From the sequence record PX104380.1: a stretch of DNA of 64,000 nucleotides; one strand, 5' to 3'. The stretch comes from a phage. Shown piece after piece: positions 29,621 through 38,438 of this stretch. The stretch's first letter is position 1; each line of letters begins with the position of its first letter. A model generated the notes under the pieces. The model searched no databases. It was not told where the DNA came from and saw only the letters and a list, made by a program, of their open reading frames with translations. A program made the translations under genes and the position numbers.

Positions 29621-30340
29621 TTAGGATTCTTCTAAATGTCTTTTCTGAAAAGTTGATACCATACTACGATACGGTTCATTTGGATACCCGTGTTTTATAG
29701 CTTCCTTTGTAAATTTTCTCCATCCATATTTAGTTTCTTTCCAAAGCTCGAATAATTCATCTTCATACTGCCATATAGTTAAATGAGAACGCTTTGCAGC
29801 TTTAATTCCATTAATATGCTTTTCTTTTACTACAGGATTGCTTAGTTTCTTTTTAATAATATTACTAACTTTTCTAACAAAAACTGGGTCCTTATATCGT
29901 TGCGAAGTTTTTATTGAAGTGTTTAATTTAGCTTCCGGTGTGGATGTGACCTCTTTCATCTTTTTCTTCATATGCTGTATATGATTAGGATTTTTCCATA
30001 AATTTATAGAATGCTTTTTGCATTTTATCCTAGTTTCATCTGCAACCTTTCCTCCTTCACCTCCGTATGACAGGTTAACACAGTTTTTTCCATATTTCAA
30101 TTTACCTGCCATGATATATAATATTTCAGCTTGTACCATTTTATCATAATTATCAAAAACTTCTAAAACCGTTTTTGATAATATGTGGTCATTTGACACT
30201 TTTACACGTTCTATATAATTTCCACTACCAACATACGAATCATTGATGTTATTAGTTATATGTCGACCATAATAGTATTTCTTAATACCTGTCTTTAAAT
30301 TTAATATTTCAGTTTTATAGATAGTAAAATATTTTTTCAT
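29621..30340 (-). CDS. free-standing GIY-YIG-like homing endonuclease
   Basis: 239 aa; FTIYKTEILNLKTGIKKYYYGRH then NINDSYVGSG, the same motif as the 19197-20027 protein. Confidence 0.6.
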   Translation of the reverse strand: MKKYFTIYKTEILNLKTGIKKYYYGRHITNNINDSYVGSGNYIERVKVSNDHILSKTVLEVFDNYDKMVQAEILYIMAGKLKYGKNCVNLSYGGEGGKVADETRIKCKKHSINLWKNPNHIQHMKKKMKEVTSTPEAKLNTSIKTSQRYKDPVFVRKVSNIIKKKLSNPVVKEKHINGIKAAKRSHLTIWQYEDELFELWKETKYGWRKFTKEAIKHGYPNEPYRSMVSTFQKRHLEES

Positions 30341-31473
30341 TTTAATAATACCGTTTCAGCAATTTCTTCCCAATGATTTTTGTCGGTCATAATAAAGTCA
30401 GCAAGATAAAGAGCAGTACGCAGTGAAACATTGCGTAAACGATTAACATTGACTTTCATCCATGATAATGCTTTATAAGTTTCTTCATCAGAAAGACCGC
30501 GCTTTTGCATCATGTCAGTTGAAAGAATAACATCTTCAACCCTGACCATAATTTCTTCATTAGTGTGAACACCCAAATCCAAATAAACTGAGCGGGACAC
30601 TAATGCTTGTAAATGTGGAGCAAGTTTAGTACCACGGTCTAATTCGCGGTCAATGTCAACGTTTGTGATAAAAACAATCGTTCCTTTAAATTCAAACTCA
30701 CGCTCAATGCCTTTTTCTTCTAAGTAAGAAGATGCGGTGCTCCAGCAGACTTTACGGGTCTCTCCAGTGTCCAGAGCAGCTTTCAGAAGATTAAGAATGT
30801 CCATATCAGAGAAAACATCCACATCATCAATCAAAAGGACAGAATTCTCTTCACGATTATTCCAAAGCTGTTCATAAAGACCGATACCAGAGATTTTACC
30901 ATTAATGCTTTTATACTCAATGTATCCAATATCATTTGCTTTATTTAAAGCTTTATCTAAAGAATACGTTTTACCAATACCCGCCGCGCCAGAGATAATT
31001 AATGAACGAATGTTTCCGTTAATAATACCATTCGTCATCATTCCCATAACATTAAATCTTTTATTAATGCGGGTTTTCATATCTTCATACGATTCTTTAA
31101 CTTCTTCAACTTTTACACCATCATATGAAATGTCTGATTTGTAAACCCAAACACCGCGACGTTTACCGTCAATTTCAACAAAAACTTTACCATCTCCTTG
31201 TGCATCTACTGGAGCATTATCAGGGAACCACTCACCTAAGAGTTCAAAGGTTCCAGAGATTTCTTTGCCAAAGTAAATACCCTTATTGATAGTTACAGTT
31301 TTCATTTTATTCTCCAAATCTGTATCAGTTGATAGTTGTATAGTACCATAAAGCTTTATGCTTGTAAACAACTTTGTGAAAAATTTTTGAAATAAAAAAA
31401 GGGAGCCCGAAGGCTCCCTATCATTTATAATAACTTCGATGGTTTTCAAGATAGACCTTCTCAAGGAAGTCAT
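30337..31473 (-). CDS. AAA-type P-loop ATPase (nrdC.10-like)
   Basis: Walker A GAAGIGKT, Walker B LLIDDVD; track N-terminus runs through the promoter; ATG at 31303-31305 with GGAG leader gives about 322 aa. Confidence 0.7.
   Translation of the reverse strand: MTSLRRSILKTIEVIINDREPSGSLFLFQKFFTKLFTSIKLYGTIQLSTDTDLENKMKTVTINKGIYFGKEISGTFELLGEWFPDNAPVDAQGDGKVFVEIDGKRRGVWVYKSDISYDGVKVEEVKESYEDMKTRINKRFNVMGMMTNGIINGNIRSLIISGAAGIGKTYSLDKALNKANDIGYIEYKSINGKISGIGLYEQLWNNREENSVLLIDDVDVFSDMDILNLLKAALDTGETRKVCWSTASSYLEEKGIEREFEFKGTIVFITNVDIDRELDRGTKLAPHLQALVSRSVYLDLGVHTNEEIMVRVEDVILSTDMMQKRGLSDEETYKALSWMKVNVNRLRNVSLRTALYLADFIMTDKNHWEEIAETVLLK
31340..31369 (-). promoter_or_regulatory. T4-type early promoter with conserved leader
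   Basis: Plus atagta at 31340-31345 and tgtaaac at 31363-31369. Confidence 0.55.
31401..31418 (-). terminator. stem-loop between the nucleotidyltransferase-like gene and the promoter
   Basis: Plus gggagcccgaaggctccc, flanked by A-run on plus (U-run on minus). Confidence 0.5.
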
Positions 31474-32434
31474 CCCAGAAACTCATATCTACCTTATCAG
31501 GCATACCGTTCTTAGAAGCTTCAGTAGATGCTGCTTCTACTTGATCAACCACATCTTCCAAAAACTCTTGAACTGTTTTAAATGGATGTTTACCCAGCTT
31601 CACGTCGAGAATAAATGGAGCATCTTGAAGTGGATAAATTAAGTCGCCAGTTTTGTAAATTTCCAATAGTTGGAGTCCACCACGACAAGCATGACTCAAA
31701 GCTTTCCAGTCAATGCCTTCATTGGCTTCGGCTTTACGAGCACGTTCACCGTATTCAGCATCTAATTTGTTCAGTGACTGCTTAAGCTCAATAAGAGAAA
31801 GCGTTGTCTGATATTTACGACCCAACACAGTGTAGAACGTTTGTGGGCCTGTTTTCTCATGATTATGGAACACCCATTCACAGAATTCGTTTTCTGGAAG
31901 ACGATGCTTAATATCTTCAATTTTAGTGCGACGTTGTCCTTGTGTTCCATCTTCTCGGTAGACATTCCGTTGATCAGGAATTTGATTAATTACTTTCAAC
32001 ACATCACGTAATGCAGCTAGACGAGAACCTTTAACACCATATTTAGAAGCTTGCTTGCGAACATATCCTAAATAGGATTTCATGTTAGTCGTATAAAAAC
32101 GAGAACGGTTGTCTTGAATAAACTTCCACACATCAGGCAAATCAGATTTAACCACTAGTTCAGGTGGAGTGTGTAGCATATCCAATGCTACAGTTTCACC
32201 ATCTGCTGCTAATTTAAAGAAATATTTAAGACTGTATAGTTCATGGTCAATATCATCTTTAGTGTTTTTAGATGATGTGTTGTTAGTGTTTTTACTCATG
32301 TGCTCTTTGACATTTCCGATAAGAATATCGCGAGCAGGAGGAACAAAGATTTCTTTAAAATCTACATCAGATTCTGGAGTAGAAATTCCATAAAGATGAC
32401 TACCAAAATAGCTTTTCATTACTGTTTTCATCAT
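31421..32434 (-). CDS. Pol-beta-superfamily nucleotidyltransferase-like protein (nrdC.11-like)
   Basis: 337 aa; N-terminal FGSHLYGISTPESDVDF fits the GS-x(9-13)-DxD nucleotidyltransferase signature. Confidence 0.55.
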   Translation of the reverse strand: MMKTVMKSYFGSHLYGISTPESDVDFKEIFVPPARDILIGNVKEHMSKNTNNTSSKNTKDDIDHELYSLKYFFKLAADGETVALDMLHTPPELVVKSDLPDVWKFIQDNRSRFYTTNMKSYLGYVRKQASKYGVKGSRLAALRDVLKVINQIPDQRNVYREDGTQGQRRTKIEDIKHRLPENEFCEWVFHNHEKTGPQTFYTVLGRKYQTTLSLIELKQSLNKLDAEYGERARKAEANEGIDWKALSHACRGGLQLLEIYKTGDLIYPLQDAPFILDVKLGKHPFKTVQEFLEDVVDQVEAASTEASKNGMPDKVDMSFWDDFLEKVYLENHRSYYK

Positions 32435-32892
32435 TCAGCCTTATATTCAATAACAGGACATACTTTAGCTTTACGAGCTTTTAAAAATTCAACGATAATC
32501 GATTTCTTGGGTTGAATAGGAGGTAAACCTTTATTTTTCCTATCAATGTTTTCTACGTGTAAAGCATAATCCTTTTTCCATTTATAATCTTTATATTTTT
32601 CACGCAAATGTACAGGAATAACAAATGAACCAATAATAAGTAAAACAACCAAAAGCGCAAGTATAAATGCTGATGGAAGCAAAGTCCATAAACTACCAAA
32701 AATAAGCCAGCGCTGTAAACTTTCTGCACAAATAATTGTCAGCCCTACGAGTATAGCACACCCAAAAATAGAAACGAAAAATGTAGGGATAACAATAGAC
32801 CAAAAGTATGCACATAGCGTCTTAGGTCGTTGCCATTCATCGTTAAACAATTTGAATAATTTATAGTGCCAAGAGTTTTCATTAATAATCAT
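32431..32892 (-). CDS. hypothetical integral membrane protein
   Basis: 153 aa with three predicted transmembrane helices. Confidence 0.5.
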   Translation of the reverse strand: MIINENSWHYKLFKLFNDEWQRPKTLCAYFWSIVIPTFFVSIFGCAILVGLTIICAESLQRWLIFGSLWTLLPSAFILALLVVLLIIGSFVIPVHLREKYKDYKWKKDYALHVENIDRKNKGLPPIQPKKSIIVEFLKARKAKVCPVIEYKAE

Positions 32893-32894
32893 AA

Positions 32895-33416
32895 TTATCC
32901 TTTCATTGAAGGCGTAACGGTTGTTAAATACTTAATCATAGCTTCAGCTTCTGATTTTGATAATGAAATTTCTCCATTGTTTTGACGAATAGAAATAAAA
33001 TCCGGATGACGGTCACCACCAGCTTTTAAAACGCACATATAAGTATCAACTTCGCCTTCAATATTTGAAATGATTGAAGCAGTTCCACATGAATGCGGTT
33101 TTTGATAAATCAATGCAGCTTTTCTTCCGCCATTTGACTGTTCATAAACTTTTAATACATCAAACAAATCACTTCTTTTATCAATAGCTAAAATGTTATT
33201 TTCATCTTCAATGTTAAATCCTTCGGATACTTCATAAAGTGTCACCCATAAATCGCCAATATCAATAACAGCGTTCACTTTTCCATGACTTTCAAGAGCA
33301 TGACAAATTTTCTTGATTTCGTCATAACCCATTTTAATAATATCATCTCCTTGAATAAGAAAGATGTCATTTTTAAATTCAACACGAATTAAACCACTTC
33401 CACTTGAAATAAACAT
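32895..33416 (-). CDS. hypothetical protein (tandem paralog A)
   Basis: 173 aa; C-terminus EAEAMIKYLTTVTPSM resembles the next gene. Confidence 0.5.
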   Translation of the reverse strand: MFISSGSGLIRVEFKNDIFLIQGDDIIKMGYDEIKKICHALESHGKVNAVIDIGDLWVTLYEVSEGFNIEDENNILAIDKRSDLFDVLKVYEQSNGGRKAALIYQKPHSCGTASIISNIEGEVDTYMCVLKAGGDRHPDFISIRQNNGEISLSKSEAEAMIKYLTTVTPSMKG

Positions 33417-33422
33417 ATTTCC

Positions 33423-33977
33423 TCACTTTGAAATCATAGTTGGAATGACAGAATCAAGATAATTCTTTAGCGCAATAGCTTCGTCTTTGGTAAATGTGAC
33501 AATATGTGCTCGAGAATCATCATTTTGGCGAACAAGTACGACATCGCCATCTTCATAAGAAGTCTTGACATCCAAAGTCGTAGTATAGTTTGCAGCTACT
33601 GGATTAATAATGCTAGCACCGCGATCTTTAGCCCATTGAAGTTTAACCTTTTCGGGTGTTTCGACTGTTTCAGATTCCAAGAATTCTTTCACCTTGGTAA
33701 CGAATGTTGCCCAATTGTTGATAGAAAGACACATAAATTCAGTTTCAATATTACCGCCGTAAAGGCCACGATAAAAACGAACTTGGAGGTCGCCTGTAAT
33801 ATTAGTTACACCGGTAACTCCTGAGGGAGCATAAGATAAAATCGCAGCCAGTTCCATAGGGAGAATAGTAATACTATCGTCTTCCTGCGTCAGAACGTAT
33901 ACATTATCACGTTTTTCGATAACCAGGTCACCGAACAAATCAGTTGTTTCAATTACAGCTTTCATATTATTTACCAA
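33423..33977 (-). CDS. hypothetical protein (tandem paralog B)
   Basis: 184 aa; C-terminus DEAIALKNYLDSVIPTM. Confidence 0.5.
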   Translation of the reverse strand: MVNNMKAVIETTDLFGDLVIEKRDNVYVLTQEDDSITILPMELAAILSYAPSGVTGVTNITGDLQVRFYRGLYGGNIETEFMCLSINNWATFVTKVKEFLESETVETPEKVKLQWAKDRGASIINPVAANYTTTLDVKTSYEDGDVVLVRQNDDSRAHIVTFTKDEAIALKNYLDSVIPTMISK

Positions 33978-34152
33978 TTAAAGTTTCAATATAAGAATCA
34001 AGATTTACTTTAGCTTCTTCCATAAGAATTTTGTATTTAATCTTGTTAGCATGTCCGGAGAAAGCTGATTCATCAATAATTGTTGATGTATGAACAGCTC
34101 TACTATACGTCTCAATTAATTCTCTTAATTTAAAAGCCTGCTCACTTGTCAT
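33967..34152 (-). CDS. small helical protein (small-protein family member)
   Basis: 61 aa; MTSEQAFKLRELIETY...LDSYIETLIGK. Confidence 0.5.
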   Translation of the reverse strand: MTSEQAFKLRELIETYSRAVHTSTIIDESAFSGHANKIKYKILMEEAKVNLDSYIETLIGK

Positions 34153-34256
34153 TACATACTCCTTTGAATAATATCAATAATGTTATTCACCAGATTATAA
34201 GTAAACATTGGGTAATTATATTGAATCATCACATACACAACAAACAAAACTTTCAT
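34152..34256 (-). CDS. possible 34-aa hydrophobic peptide
   Basis: Hand-translated: ATG at 34254-34256 after aaggag; stop overlaps next start (TAATG). Confidence 0.25.
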   Translation of the reverse strand: MKVLFVVYVMIQYNYPMFTYNLVNNIIDIIQRSM

Positions 34257-34284
34257 TCTCTTCTCCTTGGCAGTTGACAAGATT

Positions 34285-34314
34285 ACTATACCATAACCTT
34301 GCCAACTTGTAAAC
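34285..34314 (-). promoter_or_regulatory. T4-type early promoter
   Basis: Plus tgtaaac at 34308-34314, actata at 34285-34290 (-10 TATAGT), 17-nt spacer. Confidence 0.45.
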
Positions 34315-34316
34315 CA

Positions 34317-34490
34317 TTAAATGACGTTTTCGATAAAATTCTGAAGCTTTGTATGAGCATCAACCATGATTTTCATTTCTTCCTTTGCGAAAGCTGTGCC
34401 TCTTTCACGAGAAGAACATTCATAGTCAGAAACTGCATTAGCATATTCTTCAATTAGCTTCATTAAAAACATCTGCTTTTCAGTTTTCAT
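34317..34490 (-). CDS. small helical protein (family member, 57 aa, below track cutoff)
   Basis: Hand-translated MKTEKQMFLMKLIEEYANAV...LQNFIENVI; ATG at 34488-34490 overlaps upstream stop. Confidence 0.4.
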   Translation of the reverse strand: MKTEKQMFLMKLIEEYANAVSDYECSSRERGTAFAKEEMKIMVDAHTKLQNFIENVI

Positions 34491-34674
34491 TATTCCACCT
34501 AATCATTTCAAGATATTGAACTAACTTAGCTTTGGATTTATCCAAATCCTTTTTAGCTGTTGCTATACCTTCGTATGAATATCCTTCACAATGCTCAACT
34601 GCTAATTGATATGAATCTATTTCAACATCACGTGCTAATTTAATGATTTTTTCAAACTGTTCGTGTGTTAACAT
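34480..34674 (-). CDS. small helical protein (family member)
   Basis: 64 aa; MLTHEQFEKIIKLARD...LVQYLEMI. Confidence 0.5.
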   Translation of the reverse strand: MLTHEQFEKIIKLARDVEIDSYQLAVEHCEGYSYEGIATAKKDLDKSKAKLVQYLEMIRWNNEN

Positions 34675-34676
34675 AA

Positions 34677-34916
34677 TTAAACTCTCGTATTATGATCGAT
34701 AATTTCATCAAGAAACATATCTAACGCTTCTATAGCATTATCCACTTTAGTTTCAAAGTCTTTAATGCCTTTATTCGAAATACCCGATGAATACCAAGCA
34801 AAGTCAATCAGCTCTTCATCTGCTTTGCGAATTGAAGCCACTAATTCCTTGATTTTATCTGCTTGCTCTACGCTAATCATTATTCCACCACATATGACAG
34901 AGAGAATATTGCACAC
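34677..34916 (-). CDS. small helical protein (family member)
   Basis: 79 aa; [16 protein letters not shown]...LDMFLDEI. Confidence 0.5.
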
Positions 34917-35113
34917 GCCATGTGAGTTGCAACTTCATCACACATATTATAACGTTTCTTAAGAAGTTCTACAAGTTCTTCACTAGTAACTTCATCCATG
35001 TCGACGAAAAAATCACCATTAATGATGACGTAGATATTTCCTTCTTGATTGAGTGCTTCAATTTTCATGATGTTCTCCTCTTTATCCGATGGTTGTATAG
35101 TATCACAGCTCAA
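34880..35113 (-). CDS. hypothetical small protein
   Basis: Track start lies inside the promoter; ATG at 35066-35068 (MKIEALNQ) gives about 62 aa. Confidence 0.45.
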
Positions 35114-35126
35114 ACGGAAAGTAAAC
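35097..35126 (-). promoter_or_regulatory. T4-type early promoter
   Basis: Plus atagta at 35097-35102 and agtaaac at 35120-35126. Confidence 0.45.
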
Positions 35127-35142
35127 CGGTAAAATGAAAAAA

Positions 35143-35158
35143 GTCTCCCGAAGGAGAC
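35143..35158 (-). other. UUCG-tetraloop RNA hairpin
   Basis: Plus gtctcccgaaggagac. Confidence 0.45.
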
Positions 35159-35163
35159 TAATG

Positions 35164-35550
35164 TTATTCGAGGGAAAGAAGATACTTACTCTGGTAAAAC
35201 ATTCCAGTAATATCATCTATCGTGCTTTGAATGGCTGGAGGCATTTCTTTATAAATGCTGTTAGATTGGTCTAGTATGCGATCAATCATTTTAATTGTGT
35301 CGGTAGGAAGTTTACTGGCATCTGGAATTGAAGGCGTGTATTTTCTACCAGAATACCCCAAATATTGCTCACCAAATTTATCAATCAAATCTGGCAATTC
35401 GGAGAAAATAAAATCGTATGCTTTGTGTCTAGCATAACTTTTAGTTTCAAAATGCGCAGAATGAAAATAAGCTTGTGCAGCCATTAATAAACCTAAGTAT
35501 TCATCTGCCTTTGAAGGTTTTCCACTTTGTGAAAAGTCGCTGAATTTCAT
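35164..35550 (-). CDS. hypothetical protein (rI.-1-like)
   Basis: 128 aa; immediately downstream of rI. Confidence 0.55.
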
Positions 35551-35840
35551 TCAGTCTCCAATTTAATGTTCATAATTCTAGCGTATGATTGTGCCATCTC
35601 CGCGCCTCGTTCTATACATTCGAAATCAGAAGAGCACGGGTCATTTTTATAGGTCGTTCTCATAAAACTATAGAACTGTTCAGATGATTCTACGCTTTTA
35701 TTTTCAAAAAGCATATAAACATGTCTAATACCAGATTCCATAAATTTATCAAAATGAGGATCGACATTCGCTTCAATTGGTGGAGATAAAGCAAATGACA
35801 ATCCTAGCATGGCAAATAGTGCCGTTGCTTTTAAGGCCAT
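35547..35840 (-). CDS. rI: lysis inhibition regulator RI
   Basis: 97 aa, same length as T4 RI; N-terminal signal-anchor; adjacent to tk. Confidence 0.7.
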   Translation of the reverse strand: MALKATALFAMLGLSFALSPPIEANVDPHFDKFMESGIRHVYMLFENKSVESSEQFYSFMRTTYKNDPCSSDFECIERGAEMAQSYARIMNIKLETE

Positions 35841-35852
35841 AAAGGCCTCCTA

Positions 35853-36065
35853 TCATTTTTGTCCTGTATTTACTTTATGCCGATGCACGGCCTTAACTTT
35901 ATCAAGGTATTTTTCAAAATTTCGCAATCTAGTATAGTCTGCCGGAGATTGGTTGAGTGATACTTCTCGACGCAAAGCTGAAATGATATTTCCAACTTCC
36001 CTACGAATTTCATCTAATTGAAGCACAGTAAGATTGCGAAGTTGCTTTTCAGTTAATTGTAGCAT
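35853..36065 (-). CDS. small helical protein (rI.1-like; possible family member)
   Basis: 70 aa; [12 protein letters not shown]...FEKYLDKV. Confidence 0.5.
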
Positions 36066-36107
36066 ATATACCCCTTTAGTTAGATAAACCTATTTATAAC
36101 TTTTGCA

Positions 36108-36689
36108 CTAACCGAGCTTTTTAGTTAATTCGTTCCAGTGTTTTCTACACAAAGAAACATAAATTTCATCACCAATACAGATTTGATTACCTTCTTTAAC
36201 TGGTGTTCCATCTTCCATTAATCGAGCTGTCATAATCGCTTTTTTGCCGCAATGACAAACTGCCTTTAGTTCAATAAGTTTATCTGCAATCGCTAAAAGT
36301 TCTTTAGAACCTTCAAACAATTTTCCAGCGAAATCAGTCCTTAACCCATAAGCCATAACAGGAACATTATATGTATCAACAATTCGACTCAATTGATGCA
36401 CTTGTTCAGTTTTTAAAAATTGGGCTTCATCTACAAATACGCAATGAATATCTTTTTGTGCTTCAGCCCATTTATAGAACTCGAAAATATCCATATCATC
36501 TGTAATAATATTCGCTTCCTGTTTAATTCCAATGCGAGAAACAACTTCACAGACAGAATCACGAGTATCAATAGCAGGCTTAAGAACTAATACACTCATT
36601 CCACGTTCTTTATAATTATGTGCAGCAGTCAAAAGAGAAGCAGATTTTCCAGCATTCATTGCTGCATAAGTAAAAATTAAACTCGCCAT
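36108..36689 (-). CDS. tk: thymidine kinase
   Basis: 193 aa, same length as T4 Tk; P-loop AAMNAGKS; C-terminal Cys cluster. Confidence 0.9.
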   Translation of the reverse strand: MASLIFTYAAMNAGKSASLLTAAHNYKERGMSVLVLKPAIDTRDSVCEVVSRIGIKQEANIITDDMDIFEFYKWAEAQKDIHCVFVDEAQFLKTEQVHQLSRIVDTYNVPVMAYGLRTDFAGKLFEGSKELLAIADKLIELKAVCHCGKKAIMTARLMEDGTPVKEGNQICIGDEIYVSLCRKHWNELTKKLG

Positions 36690-36690
36690 C

Positions 36691-36879
36691 TTAGTCCTTA
36701 GTTAAATTTTCTAAATATGTTTCTAAATCATTTTCAGCTTTATCGATAGATTTTACTAATTCGTAATATGTTTCGGCATCTCCATATTCAGAAGATATTT
36801 CAAAAGACAAATCCTTTTCTAAACTAATAATTTCACCAACTAAAAATAATATTTCGTTCTTTTGTTCGCGAGTAATCAT
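36691..36879 (-). CDS. small helical protein (tk.1-like, family member)
   Basis: 62 aa; MITREQKNEILFLVGEI...LETYLENL. Confidence 0.5.
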   Translation of the reverse strand: MITREQKNEILFLVGEIISLEKDLSFEISSEYGDAETYYELVKSIDKAENDLETYLENLTKD

Positions 36880-37061
36880 AAGGAATTTATATAATCAATG
36901 AGTTCTTGTTCTTTATTATCAAATTCTTTGGAAAGTTCTTCATATTCATTTGCGCTAAAAGGACCGCATTCATTACAAACTTTTTCCAATTCACTATTTT
37001 TATCCATAATTTCGTGGATAAGAGAAAAGAGTTTGTCTTTTTGTTCTTTGCTTAGGCTCAT
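36876..37061 (-). CDS. small helical protein (tk.2-like, family member)
   Basis: 61 aa; MSLSKEQKDKLFSLIHEI...LIDYINSL. Confidence 0.5.
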   Translation of the reverse strand: MSLSKEQKDKLFSLIHEIMDKNSELEKVCNECGPFSANEYEELSKEFDNKEQELIDYINSL

Positions 37062-37231
37062 ATATTAATTTCCAGAAGTTTTAAAATAATTCGCTTTTGC
37101 TTAAATATTTCCACAGTTAAATGATCAGTATCTTTTTGACCAATTCCAATGGCAAAACCTTTATTAACAGCGAGTTCAATTAAATTATCAAGTTCACGTA
37201 ACACTTCATATTGTAACTCAGAACTATTCAT
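37058..37231 (-). CDS. small helical protein (family member, 57 aa, below track cutoff)
   Basis: Hand-translated MNSSELQYEVLRELDNLIELAV...; ATGA overlaps at both ends. Confidence 0.4.
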   Translation of the reverse strand: MNSSELQYEVLRELDNLIELAVNKGFAIGIGQKDTDHLTVEIFKQKRIILKLLEINI

Positions 37232-37455
37232 TTCGGTTTACCTTCTTTAACGAAATCTGGATAAGGATAAAATCCCGAATAAAATCCTTCACCTTTATGA
37301 TTGATGCATCCTTTATTAGAACAATAGCACCAATAATCGAAATCACAAGCCATTTCATCGTTACATAAAGCAAAAACAACCGGCCACTTACACTTTTCAC
37401 AGTGGGCATTTTTAAGAATACTAGTTTGGCTCATAACCATGTAACCTTTAAGCAA
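37228..37455 (-). CDS. Cys-rich small protein (probable zinc binding)
   Basis: 75 aa with CEKCKW and several further Cys/His. Confidence 0.45.
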   Translation of the reverse strand: MLKGYMVMSQTSILKNAHCEKCKWPVVFALCNDEMACDFDYWCYCSNKGCINHKGEGFYSGFYPYPDFVKEGKPK

Positions 37456-37643
37456 TATTCTTCTACATGTTGTTTACGACCTTTCTTATCAATAAAGGTA
37501 TATTCAACGAATGTTCCAATGTAGTCTTTATCTACATCATGTGGACTATTAATTGGGCATTTAGTACGGCAAATGCGTTCCCATTGACGAATAATTACTG
37601 CTTTGTTTTTAGGATCAAACGGATGTGGGTAATGTACTTTCAT
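37431..37643 (-). CDS. hypothetical protein
   Basis: 70 aa track ORF. Confidence 0.45.
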   Translation of the reverse strand: MKVHYPHPFDPKNKAVIIRQWERICRTKCPINSPHDVDKDYIGTFVEYTFIDKKGRKQHVEEYCLKVTWL

Positions 37644-38094
37644 AATCCACCACTATTAAATCAATATCAGGAGTAAACATGTCGATTAATTTAGAAACCT
37701 TATCCCAATCGCCGCCAGCAATACCACAACCTATACGTGGAATGTAAATTACTGGTTTAAACAAAAGGGTTTCTGCCTGTAGATTTAATTCTATCATGCA
37801 GTTTACTAAAGCACCATAATCAAGATTAGGACCTGGTTCGTATTGCGTATACAAGTTATAACATATGCCAAACCCATTAGGTTTATGTTTAAAAACAATA
37901 GACATATCGCCTAATTTATCACGAGAACCGTACTCAGTAGTGGTTTTATCTATTTCTAAAATTTTGGGATAGGCTCTTGCTAATTGACCAGCTACACCAC
38001 TGCCCATTGTATGAAAACAGTTACACCCGTGCGCAATAATATTACCTTCAAGAAAGAGGGCGACAATATCGCCCTTGATATATTTTACAATCAT
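37615..38094 (-). CDS. macro-domain (ADP-ribose binding/processing) protein
   Basis: 159 aa; IKGDIV, IIAHGCNC and MGSGVAGQLARAYP resemble macro-domain GDIT, VNAAN and GGGVxGAI motifs. Confidence 0.55.
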   Translation of the reverse strand: MIVKYIKGDIVALFLEGNIIAHGCNCFHTMGSGVAGQLARAYPKILEIDKTTTEYGSRDKLGDMSIVFKHKPNGFGICYNLYTQYEPGPNLDYGALVNCMIELNLQAETLLFKPVIYIPRIGCGIAGGDWDKVSKLIDMFTPDIDLIVVDYESTLPTSV

Positions 38095-38438
38095 CTAGTA
38101 CTCAATCCTCGATTATAAGAATCTACTAAACGGTCAACCATTGAATGACAAGCGGCTTTATCTTTTTCCTCCGCAACTGAACATTCTAGGGTATTCCACT
38201 TTTTAGCATATCGTTTTAATAATGTATCGTTTTTGTATCTGCTTGATTTATCTCTTTCTCCGTCTTTATATGCATATATTAATTTCTGCGCAAATTCAGC
38301 TTGGCATGCTTTATTTTTCCCGCAATAATCTGCCGCAGTGCGGTTCACATACTCCCTAATTTCAGTATATGATGTATCTGCTGACGCATAAGCAGAAAAT
38401 GAAATTAATCCTATACATAAAACCAAAATTTTAGTCAT
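38091..38438 (-). CDS. secreted Cys-containing protein
   Basis: 115 aa; N-terminal signal peptide. Confidence 0.5.
   Translation of the reverse strand: MTKILVLCIGLISFSAYASADTSYTEIREYVNRTAADYCGKNKACQAEFAQKLIYAYKDGERDKSSRYKNDTLLKRYAKKWNTLECSVAEEKDKAACHSMVDRLVDSYNRGLSTR

Noticed and set aside
30337-31473. N-terminal 56 residues of the track ORF for the AAA ATPase
   Set aside because: This stretch runs through the conserved promoter-leader cassette; the ATG at 31303-31305 with a GGAG leader is the real start
37224-37409. 61-aa ORF overlapping the Cys-rich protein gene
   Set aside because: Same strand, different frame, almost fully overlapped; hydrophobic low-complexity product
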